Shown: positions 16,406-24,087 of the stretch, piece after piece
How the letters are laid out: each line of letters starts with the position of its first letter
How positions within the stretch are numbered: position 1 is the first letter of the stretch
Assembly (NCBI GenBank): GCA_041657425.1
Contig: JBBABY010000001.1
Coordinates: 30,001 to 62,000, forward strand
Origin: an archaeon
GTDB taxonomy: Archaea; Iainarchaeota; Iainarchaeia; Iainarchaeales; CSSED10-239
Direction: 5' to 3'
Length of the DNA stretch: 32,000 bases
Notes under the pieces: model-generated
Databases searched by the model: none
What the model was told of the DNA's origin: nothing
The model's input: the letters and a program-made list of their open reading frames with translations, nothing else
Made by a program: the position numbers and the translations under genes

Positions 16406-16676
16406 AGAATATTGCTTAAAATATAGAGGGTTACTTGAAAAAGCACTATCTACTATTAAAATTAATATAGAGAATGAATCTTTCTTAAAAGATATGGCAA
16501 ACAACTATCTAGAGATGGCAAACAACTATCTTAAAGATGGACAAGTGCTTGAAGATTCCGAAGATTACACAAGAGCTTTAGCATCTTACTCTTATGCTTA
16601 TGGCTGGATTGATGCAGGGGTAAGAATAGGGTTATTCTATGGAATTGATAGAAATTTATTTACATTATACAAATAA
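16389..16676 (+). CDS. DUF357-like small helical protein
   Basis: 95 aa. ALASYSYAYGWIDAGVRIG resembles the conserved DUF357 segment, assigned from memory of the family. Overlaps the dph5 end by 17 nt. Contains an in-frame 21-nt tandem duplication. Confidence 0.5.
   Translation: MNTDTKEYCLKYRGLLEKALSTIKINIENESFLKDMANNYLEMANNYLKDGQVLEDSEDYTRALASYSYAYGWIDAGVRIGLFYGIDRNLFTLYK
16494..16535 (+). repeat. in-frame 2 x 21-nt tandem duplication (MANNYLE / MANNYLK)
   Basis: ATGGCAAACAACTATCTAGAG is immediately followed by ATGGCAAACAACTATCTTAAA; 19 of 21 positions are identical. Confidence 0.9.
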
Positions 16677-16688
16677 AAAGGCGAAAAT

Positions 16689-17192
16689 ATGAAAGTAATA
16701 TTAGAAAACTACTGTGGACTTATTAAAGATAATAATCTTAAAAGTAAATTTACGCAAAAGGGTTTTGGATTTAAAAAAGAAAATAATCTGTATATTGATC
16801 TTTTTGAATGTCTTTATTTCTTAGAAAAAAAGAAAATCTCTATTGTGGATAAGAATAATAAAATTATAGCCAAAGAAAAACTAGAAAATATTTGTGAAAA
16901 AGAAATTACTGATTTTAAAAATAAATTCTTAGTGTTTAAAGACTTTACTGAAAATGGATATATTGTTAAAGACGGAACTATCTTTGGATTTGATTTTAGA
17001 ATATACAAAAAATCTAAATCTGGAGAACATACTCACACAGAAATTGTTGTTGATGTGATTAAAACACATAAAACAAATGCAATTACGCTACTTAAATCAG
17101 AAAGACTAGCAACTACTATTCACACAAAATATATACTTGCGATAGTAGATAAAGACCAAAAAATACATAAACTAAAAATAGAAAAACTCTAA
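16689..17192 (+). CDS. endA: tRNA-splicing endonuclease EndA
   Basis: 167 aa. YIVKDGTIFGFDFRIYKK....HTHTEIVV and the later LLKSERLATTIHTKYILAIVD match the catalytic C-terminal domain pattern (Y.Vk.G..FG.dFrvY ... H ... K). Confidence 0.8.
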   Translation: MKVILENYCGLIKDNNLKSKFTQKGFGFKKENNLYIDLFECLYFLEKKKISIVDKNNKIIAKEKLENICEKEITDFKNKFLVFKDFTENGYIVKDGTIFGFDFRIYKKSKSGEHTHTEIVVDVIKTHKTNAITLLKSERLATTIHTKYILAIVDKDQKIHKLKIEKL

Positions 17193-17641
17193 TTACAACT
17201 TGTTCTATTAAAATAGGTTTCGCATTGGGTGCTTCTTAAATCTATGGTAATTGGTGCATTTGCAGAATAATCTGTAATTACAATCTTTTTAGAATCGCCT
17301 CTATTGAATGCATTCTGATCCAATATGTCTAAATTATCATTAACTAGATTTTGATCATCATCAATTAAAATTAGATTTATGTTTTCATCTTCAGAGAAAT
17401 CAACCTTTCCAGAATTAATAATAATAAAAGAAAGAGTGCCTGTTCCTAAAGCATTATAATCACAATTACTTATTGTAATATCTGCGCCAATACATTTTCT
17501 ATCAATTATATTATCTGCATCAGCAGTACTTTTCTGAGTAAAATTTTGACTCCAAGAAAGTAATATCCCTACTAATATTAAAGAAATTACAACTAAAAGT
17601 ATAGTTGCAATTATTGGCGATATTGCTTTTTTTGAAATCAT
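17189..17641 (-). CDS. archaeal type IV pilin-like protein, paralogue A
   Basis: MISKKA|ISPIIATILLVVISLILVGILL is a class III signal peptide. There are four Cys in two C-x9-C pairs (RKCIGADITISNC; TQCETYFNRTSCN at the C-terminus). Convergent 3-nt overlap with the endA stop (17189..17191). Confidence 0.75.
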   Translation of the reverse strand: MISKKAISPIIATILLVVISLILVGILLSWSQNFTQKSTADADNIIDRKCIGADITISNCDYNALGTGTLSFIIINSGKVDFSEDENINLILIDDDQNLVNDNLDILDQNAFNRGDSKKIVITDYSANAPITIDLRSTQCETYFNRTSCN

Positions 17642-17666
17642 AATCTTTCATTTCACTTTGTCTTAC

Positions 17667-18140
17667 TTATGAACAACCGCGCATCTCACTTACTGCAAGA
17701 TTTGGGCACGTAACTGACCTGACATTTAATGTAACTTTTGCACCAGCTGCAGCATTTATAACACCAGATGGACAGGTTCCTTGAATAGTCTGACCAGGAG
17801 TTAATGATGCACTCTGCCCCGTTACAGCTATGTTCATTTCATTATTTAATGCATTAGAATCATCTGCTGTATTACAATTAAAATCACTTGCTGTAAAAGT
17901 ATATTTGTCACTTGTATTTCTAAGTAAAAATGTAATATTACCATCTACTCCATTATAATCACAACGTGATATATTAATAGTTGCGCCTTCACAACTATCG
18001 TTAAGTGTATCATTTGTTTTATTTAATCCTTCGTTTGCAAAGTTTTTACCCCATGCAAGAACAATTGTAACTAATATTACAGCAACCACTACTAAAAGAA
18101 TTGTTGCAATTAATGGCTCTATTGCTTTTTTAAATATCAT
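17667..18140 (-). CDS. archaeal type IV pilin-like protein, paralogue B
   Basis: MIFKKA|IEPLIATILLVVVAVILVTIVLAWGKNF. Cys pairs DSCEGATINISRC and VTCPNLAVSEMRGCS, plus two extra Cys. GGAGG SD 7 nt upstream. Many N-x-S/T sequons. Confidence 0.8.
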   Translation of the reverse strand: MIFKKAIEPLIATILLVVVAVILVTIVLAWGKNFANEGLNKTNDTLNDSCEGATINISRCDYNGVDGNITFLLRNTSDKYTFTASDFNCNTADDSNALNNEMNIAVTGQSASLTPGQTIQGTCPSGVINAAAGAKVTLNVRSVTCPNLAVSEMRGCS

Positions 18141-18156
18141 ATTATTTCCTCCAATT
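18011..18156. repeat. near-identical 146-nt segment (copy 1): 5' end plus SD of pilin B
   Basis: 142 of 146 nt are identical to 18531..18676 at a constant offset of 520 nt. Identity decays quickly further into the coding regions. Confidence 0.9.
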
Positions 18157-18171
18157 AATTATAAAATTGTT

Positions 18172-18660
18172 TTATGAACAACTACTCATTTCACTTACTG
18201 CTATATTAGGACAAGTTACTGATCTAACATTTATTGTTACTTTTGTCCCCGCAGTTGTTACAAATCCAGTTGCAGCTGCCTTAGCAACAATTGTTTGTCC
18301 AGGACCTAATGCGGTTGTTGCAACATCAGTTCCTGCAGCTAAATATACAACCTTATTAAATGCTGTTGCAGAAGTGTTTCCATCTTGCGTTATATTTGCT
18401 TGGAAATCGCCCCCAGAAAATGTATATGTACTACTTGTATTCCTTAAGTAAAATATGACATTACCATCTGAGGAATAATCACAACCAGAAATATTAATAG
18501 TTGCCGCATCACAACTATCGTTTAAAACATCATTTGTTTTATTTAATCCGTCGTTTGCAAAGTTTTTACCCCATGCAAGAACAATTGTGACTAAAATTAC
18601 AGCAACCACTACTAAAAGAATTGTTGCAATTAATGGTTCTATTGCTTTTTTAAATATCAT
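18172..18660 (-). CDS. archaeal type IV pilin-like protein, paralogue C
   Basis: The first ~45 aa are almost identical to paralogue B (MIFKKAIEPLIATILLVVVAVILVTIVLAWGKNFAND...). The C-terminal VTINVRSVTCPNIAVSEMSSCS is conserved and the central part is divergent. Confidence 0.8.
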   Translation of the reverse strand: MIFKKAIEPLIATILLVVVAVILVTIVLAWGKNFANDGLNKTNDVLNDSCDAATINISGCDYSSDGNVIFYLRNTSSTYTFSGGDFQANITQDGNTSATAFNKVVYLAAGTDVATTALGPGQTIVAKAAATGFVTTAGTKVTINVRSVTCPNIAVSEMSSCS

Positions 18661-18676
18661 ATTATTTCCTCCAATT
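18531..18676. repeat. near-identical 146-nt segment (copy 2): 5' end plus SD of pilin C
   Basis: Partner of 18011..18156, with 4 mismatches in 146 nt. Confidence 0.9.
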
Positions 18677-18732
18677 TTCTAAATGTATAAATATTAACTA
18701 AATTAAATTATAAACTAAAACCTTTATAAACC

Positions 18733-19215
18733 TTATCTATGACAACCATTAGTTGTTGTTGACGCTAGTGGGCAGATTGTTGATCTTACAGTTACATTAA
18801 CTTGCGATCCTGAATTGCTAGTTAAATCGGAAGTTGTTGGCGCGACCTTTGCCATAACTGTATCTCCAACATTTAAACCTTGCCAAGTGCCACTTGCAAG
18901 AACTAGATCTTGTTCTGCATCCATTGTCCCAGAATCATTAAAAACTGCAACTTTAAATTGGTCTGTACTTTCAAAATCAAAATTATTACTTGTATTTTTT
19001 ACTTGAAATACAATATTGCCATCCGTAATTATTGTACAATCAACTATTCTTAACATTGCTTTGTCACATTTTTCATTAATTATATTATCTGCTTTATTAA
19101 CACTAGAAGTAGTGAAGTCCTTTCCCCAAGAAAGAATAATAGTTACAAGAATTACTGAAACCACTATAATAAGAATTGTCGTGATTAGGGCGCTAATTGC
19201 TTTTAATTTTTTCAT
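18733..19215 (-). CDS. archaeal type IV pilin-like protein, paralogue D
   Basis: MKKLKA|ISALITTILIIVVSVILVTIIL. Cys pairs EKCDKAMLRIVDC and TICPLASTTTNGCHR. Confidence 0.75.
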   Translation of the reverse strand: MKKLKAISALITTILIIVVSVILVTIILSWGKDFTTSSVNKADNIINEKCDKAMLRIVDCTIITDGNIVFQVKNTSNNFDFESTDQFKVAVFNDSGTMDAEQDLVLASGTWQGLNVGDTVMAKVAPTTSDLTSNSGSQVNVTVRSTICPLASTTTNGCHR

Positions 19216-19235
19216 AATAATAATTCTATCCTTAT

Positions 19236-19712
19236 TTAATCACAAGTATTTGTTGTTGCAGCTCTATCTGGACAGCCTTCCACATAAATTCTTACTCTTT
19301 GAAGTGGTTTTACTAAATTTGTAAAATTAGCATCAAGTGGATAACTACTTTTATTGATAGCCATTGCTCTTCCTGAAAAACTAGGTGCAAAAGAAGTACT
19401 TCTAACATTCTGATTTGCATCAATAATAGTTAAAGTTAAATTATCATCTATATCGACAGTTGAAGAATCCATTAATATAAAACTAATACCATTTGTTATA
19501 TCATATGTACAACCATATTCCATATAAATATTAATAGCACTACAATCTCTCCATTTCTTTGACGTTTCTGTAACATTATTTACGGTGTCTCCTGCATTTT
19601 GAGATGCCCAAGAATAAAGTATTCCTGCTAAGGATAAAGAAACTGCAACTAGTAAAATTGTTGCGATTAATGGAGAAACTCCTTTCTTATTTAACTTAAA
19701 TTTATTATACAT
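19236..19712 (-). CDS. archaeal type IV pilin-like protein, paralogue E
   Basis: MYNKFKLNKKG|VSPLIATILLVAVSLSLAGIL. Cys pairs RDCSAINIYMEYGC and EGCPDRAATTNTCD. Confidence 0.75.
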   Translation of the reverse strand: MYNKFKLNKKGVSPLIATILLVAVSLSLAGILYSWASQNAGDTVNNVTETSKKWRDCSAINIYMEYGCTYDITNGISFILMDSSTVDIDDNLTLTIIDANQNVRSTSFAPSFSGRAMAINKSSYPLDANFTNLVKPLQRVRIYVEGCPDRAATTNTCD

Positions 19713-19767
19713 ATTTTTCCATCATTTTCCTATTAATATATATTTCATATATTTATATAAACTTAAC

Positions 19768-20583
19768 CTATTTAATAAATACCATTGTAACAATAACATA
19801 AATTGGCACAGATATTACAAGTAAAATAATCGAATGCTTAATACCCGCTACTGCATTACCTTCTGAAATTTTTCCAATAATTGGTCCCGCAAAACCTGCT
19901 TGTATAATTAAGAGATATAAAAAATATGCATTAAAATTAATTTCTTTAATAGAACCGCCACCAGAAGAATTTATTTCATTTGATTGAAGCATTGGAAGAA
20001 AAACTATTTGAATTGTTAAAATAATTGCAATAAAAATAAAAAACATAAAATATGATGAAAATATTGTAGAGAATGTTTTAGATCTTCTTTCTTCTCCCAT
20101 TTCATCTACTAATTTAACATAATTGGAAACTGCAGTAAATATTTTAATTAAATTCCCTCCATATTTCATAGTTTCAGAAATTACATTTGCAATCTTGTTA
20201 AAAATCACACTATCTACTTCTCCAAACACCTCAACCAATGAGACTTCAAAAGGAACACCAATTTTGATCTGCGCAGCAATTCTTTTTGTATATACATTTA
20301 ATGCACCATAATCGTGTTCTGAAATAATCTCCATTGCAGTAACTATATTCATACCGCCTTGTAAAAGATCTTTTAAATCATCTAAAAATACAAATAAATT
20401 TGTTTCTAAAGATCTAATCTTTTTAGTATAAAGTATTGAAGCAATACCTACTGCCAGAAGTACAGGAAAAATACAAAATATAAAAAACGAAGTTTTTAAT
20501 AAAAATATTCCAAGTATAAGTGAACCGATTGCGCCTTTTGCTGCAAAATCAAGTAAATATTCTACTCTTGGACTAAATTTCAT
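19768..20583 (-). CDS. type II secretion system F-domain membrane protein (TadC/FlaJ-like platform, half 2)
   Basis: 271 aa. N-terminal TM helices, a cytoplasmic helical domain (LLQGGMNIVTAMEIISEHDYGALNVYTKRIAAQIKIGVPFEVSL) and C-terminal TM helices give a single T2SS-F repeat topology. Confidence 0.65.
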   Translation of the reverse strand: MKFSPRVEYLLDFAAKGAIGSLILGIFLLKTSFFIFCIFPVLLAVGIASILYTKKIRSLETNLFVFLDDLKDLLQGGMNIVTAMEIISEHDYGALNVYTKRIAAQIKIGVPFEVSLVEVFGEVDSVIFNKIANVISETMKYGGNLIKIFTAVSNYVKLVDEMGEERRSKTFSTIFSSYFMFFIFIAIILTIQIVFLPMLQSNEINSSGGGSIKEINFNAYFLYLLIIQAGFAGPIIGKISEGNAVAGIKHSIILLVISVPIYVIVTMVFIK

Positions 20584-20594
20584 TTTGTATCTCC

Positions 20595-21482
20595 TTATGA
20601 TGTAAATTGTAAAATTATTATAAATAAAACATTAATTAATGGGACTAGCCCAAATACTCCAATGATCAATAATGATTCTATACTCATTCCTGCAATTCCG
20701 CCACCACCAATCATCCCTAAAAGCATTATTGAAGAAAATAAAAATAAAGGCCCCGCAATAACGATTGCAGAATATATGTCTCCAAATGTTTCAGACCTTT
20801 TATTCATACTATCAAGCATTAACTTATAGGTGAATTGTGCGTGCTCTGCTTTTTTCTTCATAAACTCAGGCAATGATCCACCAGATTCTAAACTTGATTT
20901 TAATTCCATTAAAAATTTCTTTAATTCAGGAGAGGGTGTTTTTTCACATAATTGATCAATTGCTTGTGGTAAAGACAATCCTAATTCTAAATAACCAGTT
21001 ATTTTATCAAACTCTTTATTAATATGTGGAGTCTCTGATTTTACTGAACTGGTATGAAACATTGCTTCTGGGGGCGCACCAGATTCTGCAACGCTAGACA
21101 TACTAAGTATTGCAAGAGATAAATTATTTTTTATTTCTCCAACTTTTGTACTAACTTGTAAATATGGATTAATTATTGCATAAATCATAATTAAAAACAT
21201 AGATACAAAACAAAAAATAAAAAGAGTGCCTAAATATTTTGTTTGATTTAAAAAAATTAAAAAAAAAGTTCCTAAAAAAATAAAAAGCAATGGTACAAAC
21301 ACTGCATAAAAAAAATATTTTGACAAATAAACATCTAACTCGTCAGTATTATCTGCCTGTAATAATTTTTCTTCAAGTTCTTTAGATTTGATTGTTTCTG
21401 TTAATGGTAGAAATAACTTGAATAATTTATCTTCTAATTCTGTATCTTTCTTTACATCTAGTTTTTCTTTAGTTTGACTCAT
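20595..21482 (-). CDS. type II secretion system F-domain membrane protein (TadB/FlaJ-like platform, half 1)
   Basis: 295 aa. TM helices flank a helical domain (LGLSLPQAIDQLCEKTPSPELKKFLMELKSSLESGGSLPEFM), which is T2SS-F-like. It lies 11 nt upstream of its partner. Confidence 0.65.
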   Translation of the reverse strand: MSQTKEKLDVKKDTELEDKLFKLFLPLTETIKSKELEEKLLQADNTDELDVYLSKYFFYAVFVPLLFIFLGTFFLIFLNQTKYLGTLFIFCFVSMFLIMIYAIINPYLQVSTKVGEIKNNLSLAILSMSSVAESGAPPEAMFHTSSVKSETPHINKEFDKITGYLELGLSLPQAIDQLCEKTPSPELKKFLMELKSSLESGGSLPEFMKKKAEHAQFTYKLMLDSMNKRSETFGDIYSAIVIAGPLFLFSSIMLLGMIGGGGIAGMSIESLLIIGVFGLVPLINVLFIIILQFTS

Positions 21483-21576
21483 ATCTATAATTATAAATAT
21501 CCCTATAATATATTTTTCTAAAATATTATATGTGTGTTTCTTTTTTAAATGTTGTTTTTTTATAAAAAAATAGAAA

Positions 21577-22683
21577 TTATACTACAAATTCAACTACGTC
21601 TTTATCTTTAAGTATATAATTCTTAGAAACATTTTGCCCAGGAAATCTAGTGCTGCCCCACACTTTTGCAGATCTTAGTTCTTTAGAAATTGTTTTATGT
21701 ATTTGCTTAGCTGCTTCTTTAACAGTTGCTCCTTTTTCTAAAACTAAAGGATCTGTTAAATCTACTTTCTGTCCTGGTTTTTTTGTATAGATAATTATTT
21801 TATTTACCATTTTAAATATTTCTTCAGTTATCTTTATTTCTTCAGAAAATGGATATACTTTTATATTTTTATAATTGCCTATTTCAGACAGATTTTTAGT
21901 AAATGGCATAGAGACACAAAAACAAGGAAGATAAACTGCTCTTGGATTCATAAGAAGCAAAAGATCTTCCATATTAGTTTTTTGTCCAAGAATTACTGTG
22001 TGTGAACGATAACCTGAATCTCTAAGTAAAGCGATTGCTTGTTCTTTTGGAACAGTTAAGTTTTGTTCATTAATAAATGTAATTCCAAGATATTGACTTT
22101 TGGTAAGTTCTATTTTTGGTTTTTGTTTTGTAATATATATGTCTTGTGCTTCTAGAAGAGTAATCAATCTATCCATTTGTTCTTTTGAATAATCCGTAAT
22201 GGTTAAAATGATTGCATCAGAACACCTTATCATTGACAGTATCTGATTTGCCATTTCTTTAGATTCTAAAAATGAAGGAAGTTCTACAATTTGGATTAAT
22301 GCCCCTCCATAATTAAGAACACCAACTTCTGGTTTTGTGGTGGTGTACGCATAAGGTGCAATAGTTGGTTTAGCATTTGTAAATTTCGTTAAAAAAGTGC
22401 TTTTCCCAGAATTTGCAAGACCAACAATGACAACTTGTCCTGCCCCTTCTTTTTTTATACTTATAGAGTGACCAGTTTTCTTAAGAGCGGCTGCTCTTTT
22501 TTCCATTTTGTTTTTTAAATCTGCAATTCTTTTACTTATGTCTCTTCTTAAATTCTCAGAACCTTTATGAGTTGGTGCAGTCGATAACATACCTTGAAGA
22601 GCAATTACTTTCTCTTCATCTGTTTTTGCTTCATCATATTTTCTTTGAGCAACACCGAATTCGTAACTTGCATTTGCTGGCAT
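21577..22683 (-). CDS. DRG-family (Obg-like) GTPase homologue with C-terminal TGS domain; non-canonical G3/G4
   Basis: 368 aa. P-loop GLANSGKST, G2-region YAYTT and DRG-like spacing are present, as is a TGS-like end (KVWGSTRFPGQNVSKNYILKDKDVVEFVV). IQIVELPSFLES replaces IQLLDLPGIIEG, and VYLPCFCVSMPFT replaces VYIPC.YV.NKID. Confidence 0.7.
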   Translation of the reverse strand: MPANASYEFGVAQRKYDEAKTDEEKVIALQGMLSTAPTHKGSENLRRDISKRIADLKNKMEKRAAALKKTGHSISIKKEGAGQVVIVGLANSGKSTFLTKFTNAKPTIAPYAYTTTKPEVGVLNYGGALIQIVELPSFLESKEMANQILSMIRCSDAIILTITDYSKEQMDRLITLLEAQDIYITKQKPKIELTKSQYLGITFINEQNLTVPKEQAIALLRDSGYRSHTVILGQKTNMEDLLLLMNPRAVYLPCFCVSMPFTKNLSEIGNYKNIKVYPFSEEIKITEEIFKMVNKIIIYTKKPGQKVDLTDPLVLEKGATVKEAAKQIHKTISKELRSAKVWGSTRFPGQNVSKNYILKDKDVVEFVV

Positions 22684-22698
22684 ATTACTTTAACCTTT

Positions 22699-23373
22699 TT
22701 ATTTTAATCGCTTTATTATCAAACTTCTTTCTTCGAATTCGAAATCCAAGGCATCTATGTGGCCTGTTTTCTTCAAATAATCTTTTACATTCTTTATATT
22801 TTTATTATAACTATCTATATCTTCAAACCAAGGAACGATTCTTGCAAATCCTCCTGGCTTTAACATGCTTGCAACTTTTAATATTGATATTTCTTTATAA
22901 TTTGTATGAAGTATTGGTCCATATGCCGAATATATATAGTCGTATCTCTTTACGAACTTTAAATGATTAAAATGTTCAAATAAATCTTTAGATTTAATTT
23001 TATCAAGACCTGTAGAATAATCTGTTCTAATAATTTTTTTTGCATCTGCAGTTAATTGATTTCCTAAACCTAGTGTGTCAATTTTTGCTTTTTTTTTAAC
23101 TAAATCAGACATAAATAATACTTCTGCACCTTCTCCTGGACCTAAAATCATTATATTTGAATTTGAACCTATTTTATTCATATCAGCAACAATTAATTGA
23201 GGACTATGCACAGTTTCTCCATTTTTCCCCCAACTGGTTTCATCTTTTTGCCTAATCATCTCTTGAACCCATTTAGTTTTCGATTTTTTTCTTTGACCAT
23301 CAGTATCTATTATTGACTTATGCACTTTTGACTTTTGTCTTAAACTTATTCTTGATAAATTTATCTTAAGCAT
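22699..23373 (-). CDS. hypothetical protein, class I SAM-methyltransferase-like (paralogue 1)
   Basis: 224 aa. IMILGPGEGAEV resembles motif I, YDYIYSAYGP resembles motif II/IV and MLKPGGFARI resembles motif III. It shares a basic N-terminus (MLKIN..L..KS.VH.SII) and a near-identical core DLFEHFNHLKFV+.YDYIYSAYGP with 23394..24080. Confidence 0.55.
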   Translation of the reverse strand: MLKINLSRISLRQKSKVHKSIIDTDGQRKKSKTKWVQEMIRQKDETSWGKNGETVHSPQLIVADMNKIGSNSNIMILGPGEGAEVLFMSDLVKKKAKIDTLGLGNQLTADAKKIIRTDYSTGLDKIKSKDLFEHFNHLKFVKRYDYIYSAYGPILHTNYKEISILKVASMLKPGGFARIVPWFEDIDSYNKNIKNVKDYLKKTGHIDALDFEFEERSLIIKRLK

Positions 23374-23393
23374 AGTTTTATTTCATTTCTCTT

Positions 23394-24080
23394 TTATTTT
23401 AATCTTCTAATTATTAAATAATTATTATCATAACTTTTATCAAAAGATAAATCTATTTGATTTGAGCTTTTTGTTTGTGTTAAGTATTCTAAACATCTTT
23501 CTATAACTTCTGGTTCTACATCTGGTCGTATTCTCGCAAAACCTCCTGGTCTTAACATACTTGCAATTTTTAAAATTGCAACTTCTGGAAATTTAGTGTG
23601 TTTTACGGGGCCGTATGCAGAATAGATATAATCGTATTTCCTTACAAATTTTAAATGATTAAAATGCTCAAATAAATCTTTCTCTGATAATGTTTCTGGA
23701 TCTGGCGAATAATCTTTTCTAATTTTCTTCTTTGCAGTTGTCGTGAGATTATTTATTATTCCCAATGTATCTATTTTACGTTTAATACTTTTAAATGTTT
23801 TTTTAATATCATTAACTTCTGCACCCTCTCCTGGCCCCAAAATCATAATGTCTACTGGTCTTTTTAATTCTCTTAATTTAGTTACGTCTAATCTAAATAT
23901 ATACATTAATTTCAAATCTTTTTCGCCATTAAGTGTCCATTTCTCTCGCTTATTTGAAACCACATTTTCTGTACTACGAGTGCCTGTAACAAATCGTCTT
24001 CCAGAAATATCGCTAATAATTGAACCATGAACATTACTTTTTCTTCTTAACCTTAATCCTGGATTATTTATTTTTAACAT
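23394..24080 (-). CDS. hypothetical protein, class I SAM-methyltransferase-like (paralogue 2)
   Basis: 228 aa, tandem paralogue of 22699..23373 with the same motif set (IMILGPGEGAEV, KYDYIYSAYGP, MLRPGGFARI). It starts 7 nt after the Mtq2-like gene stop. Confidence 0.55.
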   Translation of the reverse strand: MLKINNPGLRLRRKSNVHGSIISDISGRRFVTGTRSTENVVSNKREKWTLNGEKDLKLMYIFRLDVTKLRELKRPVDIMILGPGEGAEVNDIKKTFKSIKRKIDTLGIINNLTTTAKKKIRKDYSPDPETLSEKDLFEHFNHLKFVRKYDYIYSAYGPVKHTKFPEVAILKIASMLRPGGFARIRPDVEPEVIERCLEYLTQTKSSNQIDLSFDKSYDNNYLIIRRLK

Positions 24081-24087
24081 AGCCTAC

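Noticed and set aside
18167-19324. Plus-strand ORFs 18167..18451, 18815..19006 and 19016..19324
   Set aside because: They are antisense to pilin genes that have class III signal peptides and GGAGG SDs, so they are shadow ORFs.
21250-21280. A7/A9/A7 homopolymer runs in the TadB-like gene as possible phase-variation tracts
   Set aside because: Comparable 8-9 nt homopolymers occur in unrelated genes (for example 23034..23041 and 23089..23097), so they reflect genome composition (Phe/Lys codons) rather than a dedicated switch.
21555-21570. Perfect palindrome TTTTTTTATAAAAAAA between the DRG-like gene stop and the platform gene promoter
   Set aside because: A pure A/T palindrome is expected by chance in this composition. 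It probably serves only as an oligo-T terminator and TATA region, and nothing marks it as a specific element.
22572-24030. Plus-strand ORFs 22572..22970 and 23743..24030
   Set aside because: They are antisense to the DRG-like and methyltransferase-like genes and have low-complexity translations.
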